This document shows, piece by piece, positions 54,107-64,000 of a DNA stretch of 64,000 nucleotides. Each line of letters opens with the position of its first letter. Positions within the stretch are counted from its first letter, which is position 1. Origin of the DNA: Octopus sinensis (lineage: Eukaryota); assembly GCF_006345805.1 (NCBI RefSeq), contig NC_043003.1, positions 53,444,001-53,508,000 of the forward strand, given 5' to 3'. A program made the position numbers and the translations under genes. The notes under the pieces are model-generated. The model had not been told where the DNA came from. It saw only the letters and a list, made by a program, of their open reading frames with translations, and made no database searches.

Positions 54107-56975
54107 ATGTGTGTGTATACATGAATACCAGACATGGTAAGAACTAGTTTAAGATATCATCATCATCTTTTGATATCCAACGTTCATGCTGGCATGGGTT
54201 CGATGGTTTAACAGAATCTGATAAGCCAGCAGACTATGTTATACTCTAAGGTATGTATATAAACCTGCAACTTCATTTGCATTCAATGATGTAGACTAGC
54301 TATTCCTTTGGGGCAAATGCATACACTGTTCAGAGAGTGCGATTGGCTCTGTGCATGGCCTTTTCTCACTTTAAAAAGTTTCAAGTATAGGTATCACTTG
54401 ATTTTGAACATTTCTATTAACATTTCTAGTGCATGTTGCATACTATCGCTAGCCATATCCCTCCAAAAAAGGCAAAACACTCAGTGAAAAGTTCCATGAT
54501 GGAATGCATACATATATCTATATTGATGTGGGTGGTAGGCTCTTTAAACACTAACTGTTAGAAGAGTCCATCATTGCCACATCTGTGTATAAATGTGCAA
54601 ATCTCCAGCAGGATTGGAATGCCACGTTTGTGCTACTTATTTATAAAAGAACAATAAAGGGATGGCATTGCTCAAAATCAAGTTGCAGCTATCATGTATA
54701 TGCTGAGACACCCTTCGGTCATGACTGACCATGGGATTGCACCTAGAAAGTTACCCTCCCAGGCACAAGTCCGGACAAGTCCGTTTATGGAAGACCAGCA
54801 GTCGCCCATGCATACCGGCCTCCCCTCTCCATGCCACCAGTGTTATCCAAGGGAAAGGCAAAGGCCGATACAGCTTGGCACCTGTGACGTCATAACTCAT
54901 TTCTACAGCTGAGTGAACTGGAACAACGTGAAATAGAGTGTCTTGCTCAAGAACACAACACGCAGACCAGTCCAGGATTCGAACTCACAACCTCACGATC
55001 GTAACTTGATGCTCTGACCACTGAGCCAAGCGCCTTCAATCATGTATATACATACACATAAATAGGTATTTAATTGATTACTTTATAACAATTTTACAAA
55101 TTGATGATCATCTATTTTAACAAGGAAACTTATATGCAAAATATTATGAAGTGATTCTAGTGTCAGGACATGTTAGTTCCTTACATGTTGTCCGCAAGCC
55201 AGAAGTTTTAGTATCTTATCACTTAAACTTACAATAAGATTGTCATTAAGATCAGCTCTGTAATTAATTACCTTAATAGCTTCTGTAGATACACGAGGTT
55301 CATAAACACGTATTTTGCCATCTTTACATACTGTAGCACATTTCTTGCCACATGGACTCCAATCTAAAGTGAAAATCTGCAAAGAAAACAAAAAAAGTTT
55401 AGAACAAAAGAACAATCAATATCATCATGATTTAACAACCACTTTTCCATGCTTTGATGGGTCAGAAAAAAATTTGTTGAGAGAAACTTTCAACAGCCAA
55501 ATGCCTGTCCTTGTTTTTAAGTCAGATAATATTTCTAATATCTGTGGAAAATAGGAAACAAACAACATCACTTTTATGATGGTGCTGCTTGTTTACAACA
55601 TAATGTCAGGACAATGGTACTTGCAAACACACACACACACACACACAGATATACACAATGAGATTCTTTCAGTTTCTATCTACCAGATCCACTGGCAAGG
55701 GTATGGTCAACCCTGGCTATAGCAGAAGACACTCACCCAAGGTGCCATACAGTGAGCCTGAACCCAAGACCATAAGGCTGTGTGTGTGGTCACACACAGC
55801 CACATTGTCAATTCTGGAAAAATTCCAGTGAAAAATATGTTAGTATGATGGGCACCTAAAGACTTTTTCATGCAAGCTATCTCACCTACACACAACTCAT
55901 GTAACAAGATTGAGATTACAAAGAAGACTGATGAATATTATTTTTGTTGTAGCCATTGATTGTAAACATAAAGGCTTAAACCAAGAAAGTCTGAGTTACA
56001 AATGACAATTATCATCATTATATTTTAACGTCCATTTCTCTAGGCTTGCACACGCACACATACACACATATACAGCAAGCTTCTACAGTTTCCATCTATT
56101 AAATCCACTCAGAAGGTTTTAGCTGGCTCAGGGCTATAATAGAAGACACTTGCTCAAGGTGTCGTACATTGGGACTGAACATGAAACCATCTGGTTAGGA
56201 AGTACGCTTTGTAACCACACGACCATGCCTGACCTATATGTATTGTAATTCAAAGTAATCCAGATACCATAAAAGAAAAATGTTAATTTAACATCATAAA
56301 AAACCTAACTCTAAAAGGTTTCACACAACACAGTTATACATCGACAAAACATTACCATTTTTATCAAACAATTTTCTAAACATAGAAACCAAAAACTAAA
56401 CAAAGAAGATAGAAAGATATACTGCCATTTGGGCATTCTTCCATCTAGATCATGACCTGACTCCTTCTCATTCTAAACAAACTAAAGAATAGTACACAAA
56501 CATATATTGTACAGAAGCTGGAACTGATACTAAAACTGAAGACCAAATACCAAATTAGCCATGTGAGAGCCATTGTTCATTCCTAAAAGCTATTCCACTC
56601 CAAAATGTTCTTCCAGCAACATAACCAAACTTACATATTACATCTCCAGCCCACTTACATCAGTGTCAGCCATCAAGAGAATCTCTACATGATCACTCAA
56701 ACTTACTAGAAATAGCAGCCAAGTATAACAAACAAATACAAGTCATAACTCAAAATTTCAAAAGTCTTCTTCTTTTACTTGTTTCAGTCATTTTGATTGT
56801 GGTCATGCTGGAGCACCAACTTTAGTCGAGCACAACGACCCAGGACTTATTCTTTGTAAGCCTAGTACTTATTCTATCAGTCTCTTCTGCCGAACTGCTA
56901 AGTTACAGGGGATGTAAACACACCAGCATTAGTTGTCAAGCGATGTTGGGGGGACAAACACAGACACACATACAC

Positions 56976-57010
<35 letters not shown>

Positions 57011-60000
57011 CATATGACAGGCTTCTTTCAGTTTCTGTCAACCAAATCCACTCACAAGGTTTTGATTGGCCCAAGGCTAATGTAGAAGACACTTGCCCAA
57101 GGTGTCACACAGTGGGACTGAACCCAGAACCACATAGTTCATAAGCAAGCTACTTACTACACAGCCACTCCTATGCCTAATTATAAAAATCAATAAACAT
57201 TGAATTTATTTTGGAATATCAAACCAAATTTTTGGCAATTCCTGAAAAATATTCAGAAAATATAAAATTAAGTATGATTTTCTACATATTCTCACCTGGC
57301 TAGTATGTCCTTTAAGCTCTATAACTGCTTCCTGAGTTGTCAAATCCCAGATTTTCACAGTCATGTCATAAGAAGCTGATGCAAGGATATCTTTGGCAAG
57401 TGGGTGGAAACGTACAAAATATATTTTTTCCTGATGACCTGGAAAAGACAAAGCATATAAGTTTTACTATTAAATTATTCAAATTCTAAGCAAAAATATA
57501 GGGTGATCCGAAAGTCTTGCCATCCCCTACTGAAAAGTAATAAGAACAATAGAGGAACAATATAATAATATCAAACACATGTACTTGTTTTAGCATATTC
57601 ACTTTCATTGACGCTGACAGTCACACAGCAAGAAGGTCTGTATGAACACCATCATTTTGGTGGCACAAAATGATGTGATGCCATATCCTGTGTGATATTT
57701 TATGAAGCTGTGCTTTGATGATTGTGGCAAAGGCTGCCAAAACAGCGTCCTTCAACTGATGGGTATTCTGGTATCACACTTGTGAAACCCTGTCCTTGAT
57801 AATAGAAAATTAAAGCAATATTTACAGCTGGTAACAAGACTTTCAGACCACCCTGTACAAATCAATCTCTTTATTTTAATACAAAATCTAAGTAGCTTGC
57901 TACAAATAATTAGTACAGTTTTATTTCCTTAAATCTATTTCTTTACTACCCACAAGGGGCTAAACACAGAGGGGACAAACAAGGACAGACAAACAGATTA
58001 AGTCGATTATATCGACCCCAGTGTGTAACTGGTACTTAATTTATCGACCCCGAAAGGATGAAAGGCAAAGTTGAGCTCAGCAGAATTTGAACTCAGAACG
58101 TAATGGCAGATGAAATACAGCTACGCATTTCGCCCGGCGTGCTAACGTTTCTGCCAGCTCGCCACCTTTATTTCCTTAAATCATCTCAGTCCTAGCTATG
58201 TGGTTAAAACACTCATTTTGCAACCATGTAGTTTAGGGTTCAGCCCCATGGAGTGGTACCTTATGTGACAGCTTTGGGATGACTAATGCTTTATAAGTGC
58301 ATTTAGTAAGTGGTCAAAAGTATGGAAGCCTCTCATATATGTGCGTGTGTGTGCGTGCGTGTGTGTGTGTGTGTGTGAGATAGTTCCCACACCATTGCTC
58401 GACAACTAGTAGTGGTTTGTTTACATCCCCATAACTTAGCACTTCGGCAAAAGAGAGCTTTAAAACCATATCTTAAAACAAAAAAAAAACAAGTACTGCT
58501 TCTACGTAGTTACATAATGAAACAAGTAAAAGAAAAAAGAAAAACGGTATTTTATTTTATAACTCCAGGTGTCACAGGTAAGATGAGACAATGTGAAAAA
58601 ACATGAATAGATGCTACATTGTTTGCTGTTTGACCCAGTTCAGATATTAGAACAAATGATTATGATTATGGTAATTTGGTAACTTGATGCATGCAAGAAA
58701 ATATCTAAAGCTTTTATTTCAATACTAGAACACTACCAAATAACAATATTATAAATTCTTTTACATTTCAAATGTTATTTTATGTGACTATATCAACCAT
58801 AACACTTTGTCTGATACTTATTTCATCAACATCAGACAAAGATGAAAGGTAGTCAGATAAGCATAAATGATAATAGAGGTAGACAGAAATAGCACAAAGA
58901 ACTTTTGTTCAATGCACCATTTTTACCCCATGCCAGTACACACACACACACACACACATCTGTTTATATCTACAAAATTCACTCATAAGGCATTGGTCAA
59001 CACATCTGCGTGTGTGTGTGTATACACCACCACCTTCTTTTTTCTTCAGCTGCCTATCATAGATCAACATTGATTGTTCTTATTCAGTAATCATCTCTGG
59101 TAGGCTTGCCATGTGGACAACAAAGCCTGCCCTTAATTTGCAGAAGCGATGATATCTGAAGCTACTTGACACAAAAGGGAAGTGACACCTCTCATGTGCC
59201 CTTTCATATTCTCTCCTGTTTCTACTCAATGGCTACAATTACAAGTTTCAACATTTGGTGCTATTCACTGCACTGCAAAGCCTTCTTCTCCCTAACGTTT
59301 GGGGAAATGCCAGAATTCTTCATATGTCTCTTCAGCATATCCCTGTATCACAACCTCTGACCACCACAGCTCCACTTGCCCTAAAGCACTTCAGTGTAGA
59401 AAACTGCTTTTGGAAGGATGTTGTCCTCCATCCATCAACCAAAATTACACCCACAAGGTATTATGTAATCCATTGTTCTAGTAGAAGACACTTCCCCTAT
59501 ATGCCATGAAGTTCCATCAAACCTAAAAGCATATTGTTACAAAGTGAACTTATTAACCATAAAGCCACATGTCTACAAGATGTAGGCAAAGAGAGGGTTT
59601 CAGTTTGCGACTTACATCCTTTATCTTTTACTTGTTCCAGTTACTGGAATGTGGACATGCTGAGGTTCTGCTGCAAAGGGAATTTTTAGTCAAACAAATT
59701 AATTAATTTTTAAACCAGGTACTTATTCTATTGGTCTTTTTTGCTGAACCACTAAGTTATGGGGATGTAAATAAACCAACACAGGTTGTCAAGCAGTGAT
59801 TGGGAAGACACACATATTTTATATATACACAACAGGCTTCCACACAATTTATATGTACCAAATTCACTCATAAGGCATTGGTCAACCCAGAACTATAGTA
59901 GAAGACACTTGTCCAAGATGCCATGCAGTAGAACTGAACCTGAAATCACATGGTTGCAAAGAGGGGTTCTTAACAACGCAACCATGCTTGCACCTTATGA

Positions 60001-60167
60001 GAAAATGAGTTAAAAATAAATTTCAAATTAGTCATCCTGTTAGACATTGCTGGAATACAATTGCACTAAACATATCTTACCAATTAACATGAATTCTGGT
60101 TCGTTCACAGAGTCTTTCAAGCCACCTTCTGGAATGTTCCATACTCTAATTTTAGCATCATCACAGG
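41444..60167 (-). CDS. CORO7: Coronin-7 (POD1/CRN7), 3' part; 10 exons: 60167-60081, 57438-57296, 55376-55272, 53384-53299, 52086-51948, 50806-50600, 49804-49669, 47905-47814, 42961-42875, 41452-41444
   Basis: WD40 repeats (GHQEKIYFVRFHPLAKDILASASYDMTVKIWDL), coronin motifs VSFKVPRVK-SNFFQDDLFPDT, acidic C-terminus EGVDSDEWEE*. All GT-AG with consistent phases; no further 5' exons found inside the window. Confidence 0.95.
41510..42662 (-). mobile_element. Cluster of Nin/Deu-like SINEs with (TAA)n spacers and an RLE-type LINE 3' tail at about 41780-42060 (plus)
   Basis: Family matches; plus-strand MWQL..KVIPIVIEALGSIP motif. Confidence 0.7.
42875..42961 (-). CDS. CORO7: CORO7 exon LIGAMTSKLDVREDPLEQDLTEGVDSDEW
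   Basis: tttag|CTG..TGG|gtatgt. Confidence 0.92.
44147..44768 (+). mobile_element. (GAT)n-tailed SINE with an inverted 5' portion (fold-back)
   Basis: 44147-44314 is the reverse complement of 44341-44510; tail gttaaatgatgatgatg. Confidence 0.75.
47309..47612 (+). mobile_element. tRNA-derived SINE
   Basis: Same family as 3910 and 10497. Confidence 0.8.
47814..47905 (-). CDS. CORO7: CORO7 exon SKAPTPSTKQKKYDSTDPEIFKTDEMKKKE
   Basis: ttttctag|TG..GAG|gtatgt. Confidence 0.9.
48778..49205. repeat. Inverted local duplication of 52385-52634 joined to 51605-51780
   Basis: High-identity reverse-complement matches that include non-SINE flanking sequence. Confidence 0.85.
49669..49804 (-). CDS. CORO7: CORO7 exon SNFFQDDLFPDTRVLWEPALSGSDWLSG..MES
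   Basis: tttccag|AGT..TCA T|gtacgt. Confidence 0.95.
50600..50806 (-). CDS. CORO7: CORO7 exon GDGTIFTYEV..VPRVK
   Basis: ctttcag|GGA..AAG|gtatgt. Confidence 0.95.
51022..51445 (-). mobile_element. Full-length CORE-like SINE
   Basis: Family match; interrupts one copy of a local tandem duplication. Confidence 0.85.
51948..52086 (-). CDS. CORO7: CORO7 exon MSQRKLFLYD..LFVTGR
   Basis: cctttag|A ATG..CGG|gtaagt. Confidence 0.95.
53299..53384 (-). CDS. CORO7: CORO7 exon EGTGPSGSRGARVVW..GFD
   Basis: ttctgcag|GAA..GAC AA|gtaagt. Confidence 0.95.
54705..55038 (-). mobile_element. tRNA-derived SINE, further family
   Basis: tRNA-like head on minus (B box gagttcgaatcc); second copy at about 62500-62800. 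Confidence 0.75.
55272..55376 (-). CDS. CORO7: CORO7 exon IFTLDWSPCGKK..EAIK
   Basis: tttgcag|ATT..AAG|gtaatt. Confidence 0.95.
56770..57178 (-). mobile_element. CORE-like SINE
   Basis: Family match. Confidence 0.85.
57296..57438 (-). CDS. CORO7: CORO7 exon HQEKIYFVRFHP..GHTSQ
   Basis: ttttccag|GT CAT..CAG|gtgaga. Confidence 0.95.
57499..57855 (-). mobile_element. Internally deleted mariner-like element
   Basis: TIR agggtgatccgaaagtcttg / caagactttcagaccaccct, TA flanks; minus-strand remnant IKDRVSQ..QLKDAVLAAFATI..ILCHQNDGVH resembles a transposase C-terminus. Confidence 0.75.
57936..58168 (-). mobile_element. Nin/Deu-like SINE
   Basis: Family match; flanking direct repeat tttatttccttaaatc. 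Confidence 0.85.
60081..60167 (-). CDS. CORO7: CORO7 exon CDDAKIRVWNIPEGGLKDSVNEPEFMLI
   Basis: attgcag|CC TGT..ATT G|gtaaga. Confidence 0.93.
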
Positions 60168-60787
60168 CTGCAATGAAAAAGAAAATCTATGACATTAAAA
60201 GCAATAGAGGAATATTTTTTTCTCTTTCTAACATAGGCACAAAGCCTGAAATCTAGGGGACGGAGCCAGTCAGTTACATCGACCCCAGTATTTGAGTGGT
60301 GCTTATTCTATTGACCCCCAATAGGATGAAAGGCAATGTCAATTCTAGCAGAATTTGAACATAAAGCGAAAAGAAATGCCACTAGGCATTTTATATCAGC
60401 TCGCCACCTTAACAACAGAAAATGGGTAGAAAGCAATATTTATGAATAAAACTATGTAAGTGGTTGGATGCAGTCAAGTGTGACTTTAAAGGTTCTATTT
60501 CCTTGATTTCTATCATTAGCCACTCACATTCCTAAATAACACTGAAACACCACCACCCCACCCCAACTCCACCATATTATGCAACCTGACAACAAAAGAC
60601 AGAATGGAAATGAGAATAAAAAATATAAAATAAAATAATATATAAGTAGATAGATAAATAAATAAATAAAAGACACAAATACAATTACAAACAGTGTAAT
60701 ATACAAACCCATATACACACACACAGGATACAGATATCAAACATACAGACACACATACAGATGTAAACACATGTGCAGATAGAGATA

Positions 60788-62477
60788 GTGTGGCTTGCAA
60801 AAGTCTACACCCACTTTGAAAATTTATATATTTTGTATAATTTAACAGGGAACAACACATTGTTTTCAATTCCAATGATTGTTAAATAATAAGCAGATCC
60901 ATCACACTTTCCATTGATATAAAAATTACATTTTGAAAATTTCACACTGATTCTTAAAATCATATAATTTAGAAAAATGTCATTGCAAAAGTCTACACCC
61001 CACTCCCCACCCCAGATATTATACTGTGTTATCAGGTAGTTTGTCATTGATGTATAAAATCCAAAACAATCAAAAGTGATATGTGCGTTCTACCATAACA
61101 AACAAACTTAGCAAGTCTATTCGTTTGCTATATAAGGTGATTTAACTGCCTACAAAATAATTCACCACATGGTTTTTTGGTATGTTGGTCTTTGGCCTCT
61201 GACTGTAAACACAAGGTGTCCAACTCAGGAAAGAAAATGGGCAAGCCTCAGTCTCAGGAACTTAAAAACTTTACTATTCAAAAGTACAATGAAAATAATG
61301 GCTATAAAAAGATTGCAAAAACTTTAGAATTGCCCCTAAGCACTGTTAAAACCGTAGTTAAGAAGTGGTTAGTGCACAAAACCACTGCTACCCTACCAAG
61401 ATCTGGGAGACCGAGCAAACTTACCAGAAGAACAAAGTCAAAACTGGTCCAGGAGGCAACCTCCAATCCTAGTGCCACACTGGAAGACTTGAAAGCTTTA
61501 GTTTCCAGTACTAGGACAGATGTCCATGCATCTACAATTTCCAGAGTATTGCACCGGTCTGGCCTGCAAGGGAGGGTAGCTAGAAAAAAGCCTCTTCTGA
61601 AGTCTATACACAAGCAAGCTAGGCTTAACTTTGCCAAAAGTCATATTAATGATTCCATGACCATGTGGCGAAAGATTTTGTGGTCAGATGAGACTAAAGT
61701 CAAGTTATTTGGAAAAAATACGAAACGCTATGTTTGGTGGAAAAAAGGCACTGCTCACCAACTTCATCACACCATCCCCACTGTAAAGCACGGCAGTGGC
61801 TCGATCATGCTTTGGAGCTGTTTTTCAGGTGCAGGGCCTGGAGAGTTGGTAACCATCCAAGGTATCATGGACAGTGTCAAGTACCAAGAAATATTGGAGA
61901 CAAACCTGCTGAAGTCTACTAGAGCTCTGCACTTGGGTTGCAATTTCAAGTTTCAACAAGATAACAACCCCAAGCATGTGTCAAAAAGCACTAAAGCTTG
62001 GTTTGCTAGCAAGAAAATCCCAGTTTTGGAGCGGCCCAGCCAGTCTCCAGGCCTCAATCCTATAGAAAATCTATGGCAAGATCTAAAGCTGGCTGTGCAC
62101 CAACTTTCCCCATCCAATCTGACACAGCTCAAGAAGTTCTGCCATGAAGAATTGCGAAAACTGTCAGCAAACCACTGTAGCGAGCTCCTGGAAGGCTATC
62201 CAAGGCGTCTGCAGGCTGTAATTGACACAGCAGGATCATCCACAAAGTATTAGCTGAAGACATTCCAAAGTGGGTGTAGTCTTTTGAAAAGACATTTTTC
62301 AAAATTATCTTTGTTTAAGAATCATCTTAAAATTTTTCAAATGTATTTTGTATATTAAATAAAAGTGTGATAGATTTTCATATTAAAACAAATTATTGGA
62401 GTTTAAAATATTAATTGTTCCTATCAAAATAAAATACATCCAGTTTCCAAGGAGGTGTTGACTTTAGCAAGGCACTG
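60788..62477 (+). mobile_element. Full-length Tc1-family transposon with IR/DR-type TIRs of about 210 bp
   Basis: TA flanks (60786-87, 62478-79). Outer and inner DRs ttgcaaaagtctacaccc at about 60795 and 60983, mirrored at about 62272 and 62452. Confidence 0.92.
61237..62253 (+). CDS. Tc1-like transposase, DD34E, 338 aa
   Basis: Paired-like HTH with GRPSK, WSDETK, FQQDNNPKH, SPGLNPIENLW; 34 residues between second D and E; TATA-like tatataag near 61128. Confidence 0.92.
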   Translation: MGKPQSQELKNFTIQKYNENNGYKKIAKTLELPLSTVKTVVKKWLVHKTTATLPRSGRPSKLTRRTKSKLVQEATSNPSATLEDLKALVSSTRTDVHASTISRVLHRSGLQGRVARKKPLLKSIHKQARLNFAKSHINDSMTMWRKILWSDETKVKLFGKNTKRYVWWKKGTAHQLHHTIPTVKHGSGSIMLWSCFSGAGPGELVTIQGIMDSVKYQEILETNLLKSTRALHLGCNFKFQQDNNPKHVSKSTKAWFASKKIPVLERPSQSPGLNPIENLWQDLKLAVHQLSPSNLTQLKKFCHEELRKLSANHCSELLEGYPRRLQAVIDTAGSSTKY

Positions 62478-63059
62478 TAGCTAAAAACAGAAAGGGTAAA
62501 GACCCCCTTCGGTCATGAATGACCATGGGATTGCAACTAGAAAATTTCCCTCCAAAGCACAAATCTGGGCAAGGTTGTCCATGCATACCAGCCTCCCCAC
62601 TCCATGTCACCAATGTCATCCAAAGGAAAGGCAAAGGCTGATACAACTTGACACCAGCGACATCGCATCTCATTTCTACAGCTGAGTGAATTGGAGCTAT
62701 GTGGAAATAAAGTGTGCTGTTCAAGCACACTACAGAGAACTTAGCCAGGAATCGAACTCACTACCTTGTGATTGTGAGCCCAACACTCTAACCACTGCCT
62801 TTAATCATAGATTTCCTTAACCAGTGGAATAAGACCAACTGAATTCAGACATTCTACCTGGTAACATATTACCTGTCAAGATAGTGACTTACAATGCATA
62901 CCAGTAGGGTTTGAGTCATTTTGGAGATGTTGATTTCATACTAACTTATTTTATAATAGACATTTTAATACTTCTTTTATTTTAAAGTTTCTTTCATTCT
63001 CTGCCTCCCTATCTCTCTCTCTCCTTCCTCTCTGTAATCCTCTCTTTCGCTGTATGCTT

Positions 63060-63267
63060 TTATTCTTTTACTTGTTTCAGTCATTTGACTGTAGCACTGC
63101 TGAAGCACTGCCTTTAGTCAAGCAAATCGACTCCAGGACTTATTCTTTGGAAGCGTTGTACTTATTCTATCATTCCATTTTGCTGAACTGCTAAGTCATG
63201 GGGACATAAGCACACCAGCATCAGTTGTCAAGTGATGTTGGGGAGACAAACACAGACACACAAGCAT

Positions 63268-63299
<32 letters not shown>

Positions 63300-63497
63300 G
63301 TATGTATGTATATATGTATGTATGTATATATACACGACAGGTTTCTTTCAGTTTCCATCTACCAAATCCATTCACAAGGCTTTGGTTGGCCTGAGGCTAT
63401 AGTAGAAGACACTTGCTCAAGGTGCCACGCAGTGGGACTGAACCCAGAACTATCTGGTTGGGAAGCAAGCTACTTACCACACAGCCACTCCTGCATC
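63060..63497 (-). mobile_element. CORE-like SINE
   Basis: Family match. Confidence 0.85.
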
Positions 63498-64000
63498 TAT
63501 ATGTATGTTTCAGCATGTGTGTGTGTGTTTGCCTCCAGTGCCAAAAAGTACTGTTGCTAAAACAGGCTCAATGTTCAGATAGCCATGTCAAACCACCAGC
63601 ATCCAAACATCCGTACCCAAATGTCTTATTCCAATGCCAGTAATTATTTCTTTTAAATTAGCACATGAGTCCTATCTACAGAGATGGGAGAGATACTCAG
63701 CTGAATAGATAAAAAAGAAACATTTCTGGTACTCATTTTACTGACTCCCAAGGAATGAAATGCACGGTGAAACATGGTATAATTAGAACTCTGAACATAA
63801 ATAGATAAGACAAAATGCAATAAAGAATTTATTTAGGCACTCATCCATTCCTTTTAAACTATCACAGATGATACATTGTGAAATAAATTCTTAAACACAG
63901 CCATGCTTGGCCCATATAAATAATTACCGAACTTTTTGATCAGTTCAAATATGTTTGGGATATATTTGACTAGTAAAAGAGACCATATTTCACTACAATT

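Noticed and set aside
61177-61236. N-terminal extension of the transposase in the ORF track
   Set aside because: Starts at a non-ATG codon; ATG 61237 gives the normal Tc1 length

Overview
AT-rich, microsatellite- and SINE-saturated eukaryotic DNA, not prokaryotic. The repeat families look like those of Octopus (coleoid cephalopod); this is inferred from repeat style. Three spliced genes: (1) a large coding exon of an unidentified, probably secreted or membrane protein (minus, 2242-2924); (2) a complete 5-exon UFM1 (plus, 25135-30687, 94 aa); (3) the last 10 coding exons of coronin-7 (minus, 41444-60167), convergent with UFM1. A full-length IR/DR-type Tc1 (DD34E) transposon with an open ORF lies 5' of the first visible CORO7 exon. 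The rest is tRNA-derived SINEs, GGATC-ended MITEs with 8-bp TSDs (several carrying TTAGGG repeats), Tc1/mariner and hAT MITEs, and CRE/RTE/CR1/Penelope fragments. The most notable hidden signal is a cluster of minimal type I hammerhead ribozyme motifs at 7-23 kb, mostly inside fold-back Penelope-like remnants. One is fully canonical and others show compensatory core pairs (G3-C8, U3-A8). CORO7 introns also contain an inverted duplication that could base-pair with both flanks of one exon. Most short ORFs in the supplied track are microsatellite or SINE noise.
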